A stretch of DNA of 64,000 bases from Deltaproteobacteria bacterium (lineage in GTDB: Bacteria > Myxococcota_A > Polyangia > Fen-1088): contig JANRKS010000002.1 in assembly GCA_033763315.1 (NCBI GenBank), forward strand, positions 416,001 to 480,000, given 5' to 3'. The notes below the pieces were generated by a model. The model searched no databases. It was not told where the DNA came from and worked only from the letters and a program-made list of their open reading frames with translations. Each line of letters opens with the position of its first letter. The stretch's first letter is position 1. Of the stretch, positions 26,348-35,584 are shown one piece after another. The translations under genes and the position numbers were made by a program.

Positions 26348-27514
26348 TTACGAAGGCAAAACGGATTTCATTTTCTTGAAATCCGGATGCTTTTTCGCCG
26401 CGCTTGTCGCCAAAACTTTCTTCACGTTCGGCATAAAGTCGCAGGCCACGCCTTTGTGCAGTGCCGCAAGCATCAACGTTCCCCATTCAGGATGCGCCAA
26501 AGCGTGCTTCGTCGACAAGATTTCGCCAACAAGATCAGTGGTCACGAAAGCGCCGTCACCCCAAGCGTCGAACATCCCCGCGTCTCCATCGGCACCGAAC
26601 TTCAACGCTTTTCCAAGCTCCCTTTTCGTCGCGGCTCGATAGGTCTCTGAGAGGTCCAAGAGTTCAAGCACAAGTGTTGGCCAGTCCTTGTGTTGGACCG
26701 CAAACTCCGAAGACAGTGTCGCGCGAGCCAGTTTCTCGAGCGTCTCGCGTTTCTTGTAGACCGGGCCAAAATGTTTGCGGACCTTCTTTTCCCAATTCTT
26801 CTGCGCAACGCTTTCTTCGGAGCCGAGCTGCGCAAAGGGATCTTGCGCAAGCGCAGCGCCGGCACCAGCTTGGCCCGTGCGTTCCGCGAACTCAGCCAGC
26901 AGTTTGGTCTCTTGAGGATTGAATTGGCCTTGGGCTTGTTGGCAAAAGATCTTCACCGTCTTCTTGAAGATCGAGAGGTTGCTGCGCACGTCTTTGTCGG
27001 GTTTCTGCCGGAAGAACTCCGCACAGTGAACGGCGCCCTCTAAGCAGCGGGAAAGGATCGTCGCTTTCGTGCGTTTGGGCCATTCGAATCCTGCGGCCAC
27101 GAGAAGAGGTACAGCATCGGGACAGCTGCGTGCGGCGATCCACAGCGGGCCGTCCCCGTGCATGACTTCGGAACGTCCGGCGCCGGCGTCCAACAACACC
27201 CGAACGATGTCAGCCCGCCCAGGCTTAAAAAGCGCGTGAATCAGAGGCCCCCAATACCAACGTTCATTTTGTGCGGCGAGGTTGACGGCACCGCAATCAA
27301 TGAGGATCTTGGCCATCTCTGCGTCATTGGCGCTCACCACTGCGTTCCAACCGATGGGATAACCAGAGTCGGTTTGTAAGCAGGCGGCCACCGCCTCTGG
27401 GTTTTGCAGCAAAGAGCGCAGCCCCACACGGTCCTTCTTCGCAATGTGTGCGAGCACTTTTCGCCTCAAGCCAAAGTCGACGACGCCGGGCCGCTGCGGA
27501 TGTTTCTTGTTCAC
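26348..27514 (-). CDS. Ankyrin-repeat-containing protein
   Basis: WGPLIHALF..G.ADIVRVLLDAGA, GPLWIAA...VPLLVAAG ankyrin-like repeats; C-terminal half unassigned. Confidence 0.72.
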   Translation of the reverse strand: MNKKHPQRPGVVDFGLRRKVLAHIAKKDRVGLRSLLQNPEAVAACLQTDSGYPIGWNAVVSANDAEMAKILIDCGAVNLAAQNERWYWGPLIHALFKPGRADIVRVLLDAGAGRSEVMHGDGPLWIAARSCPDAVPLLVAAGFEWPKRTKATILSRCLEGAVHCAEFFRQKPDKDVRSNLSIFKKTVKIFCQQAQGQFNPQETKLLAEFAERTGQAGAGAALAQDPFAQLGSEESVAQKNWEKKVRKHFGPVYKKRETLEKLARATLSSEFAVQHKDWPTLVLELLDLSETYRAATKRELGKALKFGADGDAGMFDAWGDGAFVTTDLVGEILSTKHALAHPEWGTLMLAALHKGVACDFMPNVKKVLATSAAKKHPDFKKMKSVLPS

Positions 27515-27540
27515 GTGCTTGTGTTGTCGCTGTTTGGGTA

Positions 27541-27716
27541 AGGGGGCGTAAGACGCCCCTACGCAGGGGGCCGCACAACGGTAACACCGCCTAGGTGCCG
27601 GCAGAACCGAAAACGGCTGCGGTTCCTGATGGCTGGATGGACCGGAACCAGCGCGGGAGCGGACGCTAGTTCAGGGGAATAACGGCTCAGTTGCCCGTCC
27701 TCAAAGGGAAGAACCA
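27541..27716 (-). ncRNA. Candidate structured RNA / leader (unassigned)
   Basis: Dense stack of hairpins in an intergenic gap; G-U pairs favour the minus strand; no family recognised. Confidence 0.35.
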
Positions 27717-27841
27717 GTCTGAATTTTGTAAGTACTTGTGGGCGATGTGGGCTCTGCCAAACCTCTCGCAAGAGCGCTGTCGTCCGCGTAATCTAGTTCG
27801 GTTCACTTAACCTGGCTCTTGATTCAAGGAGTTCAACGAGA

Positions 27842-28489
27842 ATGTCACGTTTGCCTTACTCACATCTTTGTGTCGTTTCAGTGGCTTTGATGCTATCCGC
27901 TTGTGGCGGCGACGACGACAGCAAAACTGGCGATGCGGCTGTGACTGCTGATGCCGCTGAATCCGAAACCGGAGGCATCGGTCGTGGACGTGGGGGCGGG
28001 GGATTGGAAGAAGGGGACGGGGGCGTGTTGACGGCCGACGCCACACCAGATGTTCTCGCGGACACCGCCATGGCCAAAGACACGATGTCGATGCCTGATA
28101 CCGCGCCGGCTTGCGTGAAAGCCACCTGTGACGAGATCAATAGCCGATATCAGAATGCTGTTACGGCTGCACAAGGTTGCCGAAGCGCCGCCACTGGCCA
28201 ATGCGGGATCAGTGTCCCGAGCGGACTTTCGTGCGGTTGCAACGTCTGGGTCAACACCGACACGGCCCTAAAGCCAATTGTTAAAGAGTGGGAGGACGCG
28301 AACTGTGGGAAGTGCAGAGGAGTCTGCCCGCTGGTTCTCTGCAGGGCCTTAACCCAAGGTGTCTGCCAGAAGAACGCAACGACCACTGCCGCTTCGATCA
28401 TAGATCCAGTCATCATCAATCCGCCGATCATTATCATCCCGAACGACGGAACTTGCGTGAACAAGTCCGTGGTGATTCAGCCCATCTAG
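27842..28489 (+). CDS. Cys-rich hypothetical lipoprotein
   Basis: RBS AAGGAG; lipobox LSAC; acidic linker, then many Cys (C..GCNVWVN..C.KC.GVC..C). Confidence 0.75.
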   Translation: MSRLPYSHLCVVSVALMLSACGGDDDSKTGDAAVTADAAESETGGIGRGRGGGGLEEGDGGVLTADATPDVLADTAMAKDTMSMPDTAPACVKATCDEINSRYQNAVTAAQGCRSAATGQCGISVPSGLSCGCNVWVNTDTALKPIVKEWEDANCGKCRGVCPLVLCRALTQGVCQKNATTTAASIIDPVIINPPIIIIPNDGTCVNKSVVIQPI

Positions 28490-28494
28490 CTTTG

Positions 28495-29466
28495 ATGCGG
28501 CCCTCCTCTGACGAGCGGCAACGCCGCGAGCAACAGCTCCTTGAGCGAATCAAGGAGCTGGATCTCGCGCACCGCAATCGTCTCAGCGCCACCGGCGCGG
28601 GGCAAACGTTGTCGCTGCGCTATCTACGCCGGGCGCTCGCGCAGTTTGTGTCACGCCCCGCCGCGCCCACGATGGAGGACCTTGATACCCCAGAGGCCTC
28701 CGCCATGATGGTGAGTCCCGTTGGCCACGCCACCGTGCACATCGTCAGCGCCAAAGCCCGCATCCTCACCGATCCGTGGCTTTCGCAATTTCTCTACGGC
28801 CTTCGCCGTTCCACCGCGCCCGCGATCACGCCGACCGATCTCGCCCGTGTGACGTGCATCTTGATCTCGCATGGCCACCGCGATCATCTGCACCCGCCTT
28901 CGCTGCAGCGTTTGCCTAAAGACGCGGTAGTCATCGCGCCACCGGGCTTCGCCCGCGATCTTTCACGTCTTGGCTTTCCGCAGGTCGTTGAACTTGGCGC
29001 CGATGAATCATGCCAGCACGGTGACGTCACCATCACCGCCGTGCCCGCCCGCCACGAAGGTGGCAATGGCAAACAATCAAGCGCCAACGGCTACATCATT
29101 CAAGCGCCCGAGGTCGCTGTGTTCTTCGCGGGCGATACCGGCTACTTCTCAGGCTTTTCCGACATCGGGCGCCGCTTTCGCCCCGACCTCGCTTTGCTGC
29201 CCATCAGCGGCTACTCACCGCTGCCCCTGCGGGCCACGCATATGTCCCCGCTCGACGCCGCGTACGCCCTCGAGGATCTGGACGCCAAGGTGCTTGTGCC
29301 CATTTCCTACGGCATTGTCCCGCTTGGCTACGAACCGCTTGACGAGCCCCCACGGTGGTTGCGGGCCGCTTGTGAATCCCGCGGCTTGCTCGACCGCCTG
29401 GCGATGCTCGGCCCCGGCGAGCGCCTCACCGTTCGTCGGACGCCTGCGGCGAGCGTGGTGGCGTAA
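28495..29466 (+). CDS. MBL-fold metallo-hydrolase (UlaG/NAPE-PLD-like)
   Basis: GHAT, LTDPW, SHGHRDH, FAGDTGY, HMSP motifs. Confidence 0.9.
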   Translation: MRPSSDERQRREQQLLERIKELDLAHRNRLSATGAGQTLSLRYLRRALAQFVSRPAAPTMEDLDTPEASAMMVSPVGHATVHIVSAKARILTDPWLSQFLYGLRRSTAPAITPTDLARVTCILISHGHRDHLHPPSLQRLPKDAVVIAPPGFARDLSRLGFPQVVELGADESCQHGDVTITAVPARHEGGNGKQSSANGYIIQAPEVAVFFAGDTGYFSGFSDIGRRFRPDLALLPISGYSPLPLRATHMSPLDAAYALEDLDAKVLVPISYGIVPLGYEPLDEPPRWLRAACESRGLLDRLAMLGPGERLTVRRTPAASVVA

Positions 29467-29575
29467 GCCGCCCCGGTGACGCCCCGCCTCGTGCCAGCCT
29501 GCTTGAATTGACCTGCTCGTCGCCTTTACGCGGCTTCCCTGGTCCGATAGAGTCCGCCGGCTTCCCCCAATTATC

Positions 29576-31981
29576 ATGAGCTTGCAGGCCATCATCGACC
29601 GCCTTCGTCGTGTCCCAACCGTCTTTTGGGCCACGTTATTCGCGATACTTCTCGTCCTGCCCGGTTTGGGCAGCTTTGGATTTTGGGACCCGTGGGAATT
29701 GTCGCTGGCTGAACGCGCCCGCGAGATCTCGGAAAGTGGAGCGCTTGGCGATGTGACGTTGGCCGGCCGGTACGCCGCGCGGCCGCCCTTCGATTTGGCG
29801 ATCAACGCGCTGGGCATGAAGCTGTTTGGCGCCAGTGAATGGGGCGGGCGTTTGCTGCAAGGGTTGGTCGCCGTTGGCGCCCTGTTGGCTGTTTATTGGG
29901 CGGGCCTGGGCCTGTTGCGCCGCCGGGGCGCGCTGCTTTCGGTGCTGGTGCTCGGCACGATGCCCTTGTTTTTTCTGCAAGCGCGGCAGCTCACCTCAGA
30001 TATGGGGCTCACCTTCGCGCTGGCGCTTTCTTTCGGTGGTCTTGGCCGTTATGCCTGGCCCGCGGCAGGGCAGCGTCGCTGGTCCGACCTTCTGGTGGGA
30101 GCGATCGGCTTGGTGGTTGGCGCTCTGGCCGGCGGAGCGCTGCTCGGCGTGGCTTTGCCGTGTTTGTCACTCCTGGGTGTGTTTTTGGCGGCCGGGTCAC
30201 TTGTGCCGGCCGATCCCTCCGTGGCTTCGTCCAGTGAAACGGGCGCCTTGTTCACCGCGCCCGGTGTGGGTCGCGATGTGCCTGCGGGCGTCAGCCTCGG
30301 CCGCAGCTTGTTTGTTCAGGGCGCCCGGGGACGCCTTCCGCTGGCTTTGCTGATTCTGGTGGGCGTCGCCGCGATGGTGATGGCCTTGGGTGGCGGCAAT
30401 GTTGTGGGGCAATACAGCCCTTGGTTAGGCGGCGCCCCGCGCGGAGGCACGCCACCGCAGCTGTTTGATTACTTCGTCAAGCAAATCGGCTTTGGCACGT
30501 TTCCGTGGAGCGCCTTGGCTGTCTTCGCGTTGGGGCGCGCGCTGGTGCGTGGCCTTTCGTCCGAAGGCGAAGGTGGTGCCGATGCGCGGGCGCGTGAGGC
30601 GTTTGTGGATTCGTATTGGCTCGTCTGCACCGGCTTCGCGTTTGCGATCTCCACTGTGTTTGTGCTGATGGTGGGCGACGCGCGGTTTGCGGCGTTGGCA
30701 CCGATTGCGTGGGCCTTGGGTGGCTTCCTTGATGAAGCGCTTGAGGCAGAGCGCCCGCAACCCGTCTTGGGCTTATTGGCCGCCACCGGAACCATGATCT
30801 TGGCGCGGGATTTCAAGCTTGTGCCCGAGGATCTGTTTTCAGTGCATCTGCTCGAGACGCTGAAGTGGCCGCCCACCTTGAAGGTCGGCATGGCGCCACT
30901 CGTCGCTGGCCTCGTTGTTGCGGGAGGCACGTATTTGGGCCTCGCTTTGCGAAACCGCAGCTTGGCAGGGTGGGTGCCTGCAAGTTCGTTGGACGCAGCG
31001 AATACGCAAACGACCGTCGCAAAACTCTACGCGCGCGTCTCGTTGTGGGTCGTCAGCGCCAGCCGCTACGGCATCCATGTGGCCATCGCGGGCGCGCTGC
31101 TGTTTGCGTTCGGCGTTTCACATGTTTTGGTGCCCCACCTATCCAAACATTACTCCTTTAAACCCGTATTCGAATCGCTGTTGCGCTTCTCAAAGCCCGG
31201 CGATCCCTTTGGTCGCTACCGCGTGCAAGGCCACGGCATTCAGTTTTATACGGCCCGCCAAATGACGGACATTCCGTCGCAAGACAAGCTCATCGAATTC
31301 TTTCAGCGCAATCCCCGCGCTTTTTGCTTGGTGGCGAACGACGATTTGGCCGCGCTTGACGCCGCATTCAAAGTGGCCGGTGTTTCGTACTTCGTGCTTG
31401 ATGCGTCTTCGAGCCGCTTCTTGTTGTTATCGAATGTCCTTGATGGGCAAACGGATCAGAACCCGCTCAAGCGCAACGTGTGGGTGGCCCCTTCGCCGCC
31501 CGTGCCCGTATCGGAGCCCGGCTCGGCCAACGTGACCTACAAGTGGCCTGACGAGCGGCCTCCCTGGTCGTGGCCCGTAAAGCTAAACACGGTCTTCCAG
31601 GACGCGGTTGAGCTGATAGGCGCCGACTTTCCATCCTCGTTGCGCCGCCCGGGAAAAATCGGTCTCACGCTTTACTTTCGCGTTATCAAACGCCCCGCGC
31701 CCGGGTTTAAGATGTTTGTACACGTGGACATCCCGGGGCACCCACGCCTCATCGGTGACCACGAACCCTTGCAAGGCGCTTTCCCCACCTCGTACTGGTT
31801 GCCAGGCGAATACATCCGCGACTTCACAGAAATCGATGTGCCTCTCATGACAACGATGGCAGGAACGTACACGGCGTATGTCGGCTTCTGGCCGGGTGGC
31901 GAATCGCAACGTTGGCGGATCACGTCCGGTCCCAATGATGGTGCCGACCGCGCCTTGCTCGGTACCATCCAGATCCGTTGA
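29576..31981 (+). CDS. GT-C fold glycosyltransferase (ArnT/PMT-like, family 39/83) with C-terminal periplasmic domain
   Basis: GFWDPWE, RPP, GASEWGGRL, ARQLTSD, multiple TM helices; C-terminal FVHVD..DH.P..G.FPT..W.PGE.IRD domain. Confidence 0.82.
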   Translation: MSLQAIIDRLRRVPTVFWATLFAILLVLPGLGSFGFWDPWELSLAERAREISESGALGDVTLAGRYAARPPFDLAINALGMKLFGASEWGGRLLQGLVAVGALLAVYWAGLGLLRRRGALLSVLVLGTMPLFFLQARQLTSDMGLTFALALSFGGLGRYAWPAAGQRRWSDLLVGAIGLVVGALAGGALLGVALPCLSLLGVFLAAGSLVPADPSVASSSETGALFTAPGVGRDVPAGVSLGRSLFVQGARGRLPLALLILVGVAAMVMALGGGNVVGQYSPWLGGAPRGGTPPQLFDYFVKQIGFGTFPWSALAVFALGRALVRGLSSEGEGGADARAREAFVDSYWLVCTGFAFAISTVFVLMVGDARFAALAPIAWALGGFLDEALEAERPQPVLGLLAATGTMILARDFKLVPEDLFSVHLLETLKWPPTLKVGMAPLVAGLVVAGGTYLGLALRNRSLAGWVPASSLDAANTQTTVAKLYARVSLWVVSASRYGIHVAIAGALLFAFGVSHVLVPHLSKHYSFKPVFESLLRFSKPGDPFGRYRVQGHGIQFYTARQMTDIPSQDKLIEFFQRNPRAFCLVANDDLAALDAAFKVAGVSYFVLDASSSRFLLLSNVLDGQTDQNPLKRNVWVAPSPPVPVSEPGSANVTYKWPDERPPWSWPVKLNTVFQDAVELIGADFPSSLRRPGKIGLTLYFRVIKRPAPGFKMFVHVDIPGHPRLIGDHEPLQGAFPTSYWLPGEYIRDFTEIDVPLMTTMAGTYTAYVGFWPGGESQRWRITSGPNDGADRALLGTIQIR

Positions 31982-32010
31982 ACCGCTGCCCACCGTAGGT
32001 TCTCACGCGG

Positions 32011-32475
32011 ATGAAAAAAGACAGGCGCGGCGCCAAGGCATCTGACTCCACCGCCAAAGATCCGGTGATCGAGGCCGCCAAAGAAGCAGCCAAGCGGGAG
32101 CGCCGGCTCCGCCAACGCCGTGCGCACCTGCGCGTGCCGGTGAACATCGAAGTCGACTACAAGAGCGACGAGAATTTTCTGTTCGCCTACATCACCGATT
32201 TGTCGGCGATGGGCATCTTCGTGAAAACCACCACGCCTTTGGCCCCCGGCGCGCGCTTAACCTTGCGCTTTAAGCCGCTGGGCGCACCCGAATTTGTGGT
32301 GGAGGGCCAGGTGGTGTGGATCAATTCCTACCGGCCGGGTGACCCTGACAGCATCAACCCTGGCATGGGAATTCAATTCGTTGACATCGACCAGGACACG
32401 CAGCGCCGCCTCACCCGGTTGGTCAAGACGTTTGCCTATCTGGACGACGAAGATTCAACCCTCGGCAACTCCTAG
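32011..32475 (+). CDS. PilZ-domain protein (TIGR02266-like)
   Basis: QRRAHLR (RxxxR), DLSAMG (D/NxSxxG), PGMGIQF. Confidence 0.9.
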   Translation: MKKDRRGAKASDSTAKDPVIEAAKEAAKRERRLRQRRAHLRVPVNIEVDYKSDENFLFAYITDLSAMGIFVKTTTPLAPGARLTLRFKPLGAPEFVVEGQVVWINSYRPGDPDSINPGMGIQFVDIDQDTQRRLTRLVKTFAYLDDEDSTLGNS

Positions 32476-32557
32476 CGTTCTGGCGCCCGTGGGCTTACCG
32501 CGCCTACAAAATGTTGGATTATTTGACAGCCTCGGCAACTGCTTGAAGACTACGTTG

Positions 32558-32830
32558 ATGAGGCGCAGCGCCCACGCGGTAAACATCTTGGCTCGTCGTC
32601 CGGCCGTGCCTGCTGAATCGCGCCTGACGGTGAAAACCCGAGCCGTGGCGGCCTTGCGGCGCACGCGACACGCCATCGAAGAGATCGAAGTGCAACTCGA
32701 CGATATCCTCGATCACCTCCACGGCAAAAAGCCCTTGGCCCGAAGCGCTCCCGATCGATTGCGCGCTTCGGCCAATGAAGCGCGTGCGGCGATGGCCAGC
32801 CTCACCGACTTTAGTGACATCTACGGTTAA
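32558..32830 (+). CDS. Small helical hypothetical protein
   Basis: Fills the gap between PilZ and protease genes on the same strand; amphipathic helices; start uncertain (ATG 32558 or GTG 32630). Confidence 0.5.
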   Translation: MRRSAHAVNILARRPAVPAESRLTVKTRAVAALRRTRHAIEEIEVQLDDILDHLHGKKPLARSAPDRLRASANEARAAMASLTDFSDIYG

Positions 32831-32855
32831 CCCCGGGGGTGGTTCCGGCAACTTC

Positions 32856-33605
32856 GTGCCGCGCGTGAGCCCGCTGCGCGAAGGCCTGGTGACGTTCATC
32901 GCCACCACAGCGGTGGCCGCGGCGCTGTATTGGTTGGGGTTCGTGATCCCATTCGTTGGGCAAAACCTGCACGGCTTCATCGCGGTGCTGTTTCTTTACA
33001 GCCCGCTTTTGGCGTCACGCTGGTCGGGGCTGCCGTTCGATCACGCGCGCGAAGGCGGTCTTTCGTTCAACAGCCCTCGCCGCACATTGTTCACCTTGTT
33101 GCAGGCGATCTGCGTTTCGTGGCCGGTGTTTATCATCGGCTTCTTCTGGTTCTACGGTCACGCCTGCGCCGCCACCGGTGCTTCGTTCGCCGCGTGGTGG
33201 TGGCAAACGTTTGCGCCCATTTGCCCGCGTTGGTTGGGCAATCTGCATCCCCCGCTGCGGTGGCCGCCCGATTTCATCCTATTGGCGCTTTCGCAGTTCC
33301 TTGTGGTCGCGTTGCCGGAGGAACTCTTCTTCCGCGGCTATCTGTGGACCCGCATCGAGGCTCGCTTTGCCTCGCGCTGGCATTGGCTCGGCGCAAAGCT
33401 TGGCCCCGCGTGGTTGCTCTCAAGCTTCCTGTTCGCGGCCGGCCACGTGGCTGTGGATCTTGATCCGCGTCGCTTCGCGGTGTTCTTTCCGGCGTTGGTG
33501 TTCGGGTGGATGCGCGCGCGCAGCGGCTCGATCGTCGCGGGGCTCTCGTTTCACGCTTTGTGCAACTTGCTGTCTGACGTGTTGTACGAAACGTACTTTC
33601 GTTAG
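32856..33605 (+). CDS. CPBP-family glutamic intramembrane protease (myxosortase-like)
   Basis: VALPEELFFRG (EExxxR), LFAAGH, FFPALVFGWMR, FHALCN; multi-TM. Confidence 0.85.
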   Translation: MPRVSPLREGLVTFIATTAVAAALYWLGFVIPFVGQNLHGFIAVLFLYSPLLASRWSGLPFDHAREGGLSFNSPRRTLFTLLQAICVSWPVFIIGFFWFYGHACAATGASFAAWWWQTFAPICPRWLGNLHPPLRWPPDFILLALSQFLVVALPEELFFRGYLWTRIEARFASRWHWLGAKLGPAWLLSSFLFAAGHVAVDLDPRRFAVFFPALVFGWMRARSGSIVAGLSFHALCNLLSDVLYETYFR

Positions 33606-34543
33606 CCGTGGGTCTCGGCCATCGCTTTGGCGATCTCGTCAGCACCCACGCGTCGATCGGTTCGGAACAGCAGCAGCGCGCGCTCCATCACGGCTTCCAA
33701 TTCGCGGAAGTTGCCGGGCCACGTGTGTTGCATCAGCGCTTCGATGGCCGCCGGAGCCAGTTCAATGCTGCGCCTTTGTTCGTCAGCGCTCGCGCGCTTC
33801 ATGTCTTGCGGCCCACGCAACGTTAACGGCACACCTGCCGCTTGCAAGATGCGGTTGCCCATCCACACGGCGGCCACGCCGGCGTCTTCGAGCCGTTCAC
33901 GCAAGGGCGGCAACCACAACACCACGCGAGCCAATCGATAATAAAGGTCGTGCCGGAATTGCCCCGCGGCCACCAGGCCTCGCAGATCCCGATCCGACAA
34001 GGCCACCACGCACACGCGCGCCGGTACTTCCTTGTCTTGCCCGCGCGGCCGGACTTTGCCGGTCTTCATGATGCGCAGAAGTTCATTTTGCACACGCATG
34101 CTGAGATCGGCGGCTTCCTCGATCAACAACGTTCCCTCGTGTGCTTCTTGCACCAGACCGGCGGTTTTGCCCACGCCGCACAGACGTTCCAGCGCAGACT
34201 CGTCGTCATAGCCGCACAAATCCACGCGCACGGCTTTGCCATGGGGCGCGATCATGTGAGCCATGGCGCGCGCCAAACCGCCTTTGCCCGTGCCGGGCTC
34301 GCCCAACAACAAGGCGTTTGTGCGGAACGGGCGATCTTGCAAACGATCAAGCACATCCAACACCGTGCCCATGGCGGGGTGCGGGGACGTCACCCGAATC
34401 AAAGCCGCAATCCATCGCGCCGAGCCGGGATCGAGGGAGGCCAGTTTTGGCGTCAGTTCACCAATGGCCACAGGGGCAGGGGGAGGCGGTTTCTTCTTCG
34501 AGCCACCGCGGGATTTCTTCGGAGAACTGGCTTTGCCTGGCAC
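33602..34543 (-). CDS. Sigma54-activator-like AAA+ protein lacking GAFTGA and HTH
   Basis: GEPGTGKG, LLIEEA, FRHDLYYRL, LPPLRER, WPGNFREL; no GAFTGA loop, ends shortly after the AAA+ lid. Confidence 0.85.
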   Translation of the reverse strand: MPGKASSPKKSRGGSKKKPPPPAPVAIGELTPKLASLDPGSARWIAALIRVTSPHPAMGTVLDVLDRLQDRPFRTNALLLGEPGTGKGGLARAMAHMIAPHGKAVRVDLCGYDDESALERLCGVGKTAGLVQEAHEGTLLIEEAADLSMRVQNELLRIMKTGKVRPRGQDKEVPARVCVVALSDRDLRGLVAAGQFRHDLYYRLARVVLWLPPLRERLEDAGVAAVWMGNRILQAAGVPLTLRGPQDMKRASADEQRRSIELAPAAIEALMQHTWPGNFRELEAVMERALLLFRTDRRVGADEIAKAMAETHG

Positions 34544-34548
34544 TGTGT

Positions 34549-34971
34549 TTAGCCTCGTTTGACGCCCAAAAGCAGATCGGTGGTCGCCTGATCGGCGGCT
34601 GGGAACGGGTAGTGCTCAAACTCGTCCGACCGCACCCAACGAAAATCCGCCACGCGCAGCTTCTTGAGCTCTGGCTCTGCGTCACCGAGCGGGAACGTGG
34701 CTTCGTACAAAATCAGGTCCACGCCGTACCCCTCGTACTGGTGCGTCCGCTTGGCGATCGCTTTGCCCACCTCAACCGTGGCACCCAACCGTTCCAGCAA
34801 CTCACGTTTGAGCGCTTCTTCGTCCGATTCGTCGCCCTCAACGCGACCGCCCGGGAACTCCCACAAACCCGACAAAACGGCCGTTTTTCGGCGTTGCGTG
34901 ATGAGATAGGTGTCGTCTTTGGAGATCACGGCCGCAACCACGCGGATTCGCGGCGTTCCTGATGTACTCAT
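34549..34971 (-). CDS. NUDIX hydrolase (MutT/NudG-like)
   Basis: VVAAVI, WEFPGGRVEGDESDEEALKRELLE Nudix box, FPAAD. Confidence 0.9.
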   Translation of the reverse strand: MSTSGTPRIRVVAAVISKDDTYLITQRRKTAVLSGLWEFPGGRVEGDESDEEALKRELLERLGATVEVGKAIAKRTHQYEGYGVDLILYEATFPLGDAEPELKKLRVADFRWVRSDEFEHYPFPAADQATTDLLLGVKRG

Positions 34972-35092
34972 GAGTTGGCGGAGTAAACCACGGGTGGGCC
35001 TTTGGGGGAACCCCCTTGCGTGTAACGCAGGCGCATCCATACAGGCCCAAGGAAGGGGTGGTGGGGGCAAAGCTCCGTGCTACATAGGCAGC

Positions 35093-35521
35093 ATGGGCAA
35101 GCGAGTGACTCCTCCCGAAGCGGCTGAACTGTTGAAGCAAGGCTGGCGCTACATTGATGTGCGCTCCATTCCCGAGTTCGAGGCCGGGCATCCTGAGGGC
35201 GCGTTGAATGTACCCCTCTTGCACATGGAAAACGGCCGCATGGTGGGCAACCCCGACTTTCAAAAGGTGATCGAGGCCAATTTTAAGAAGGATGAGCCGC
35301 TTGTGGTGGGCTGCAAGATGGGCGGCCGATCGCTGCAAGCGGCCACGCTCATGGAGGCCGCAGGTTATTCTTCCGTGGTCGACGTTCGGGGCGGCTACGC
35401 CGGTGAACGTGATCCCTATGGCCGCGTTTCGGTGCCAGGCTGGGTCGATTCTGGTTTGCCTGTGTCATCCGCCGCCGCGCCCGGCGCCGCCTACGCAGAC
35501 CTCGCTAAAAAAGTGGGCTAA
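35093..35521 (+). CDS. Rhodanese-like domain protein
   Basis: IDVRSIPEFEAGHPEGALNVP, CKMGGRS active-site loop. Confidence 0.92.
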   Translation: MGKRVTPPEAAELLKQGWRYIDVRSIPEFEAGHPEGALNVPLLHMENGRMVGNPDFQKVIEANFKKDEPLVVGCKMGGRSLQAATLMEAAGYSSVVDVRGGYAGERDPYGRVSVPGWVDSGLPVSSAAAPGAAYADLAKKVG

Positions 35522-35584
35522 TCACCAAAGCGAAAAGGCCCGGCTCGCTCTCGCGATCATCGAGCCCCCGCGCTGTCGCCGTGT

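Noticed and set aside
27578-27630. Twister-ribozyme-like start (TAACACCGCC...GCCGG)
   Set aside because: The downstream conserved twister elements (GUCCCAAGCCC, GAGGG pseudoknot partners) are missing.
27618-27716. tRNA, 6S RNA or cobalamin riboswitch identity for the structured region
   Set aside because: A 7-bp closing stem exists, but there is no proper T-arm, anticodon arm or CCA. It is not a single long rod as in 6S, and there is no B12 box. Left as an unassigned candidate.
35542-35566. Hairpin GGCTCG..CGAGCC between convergent rhodanese and FHA genes as a terminator
   Set aside because: Short stem, large loop and no U-tract on either side; insufficient support.
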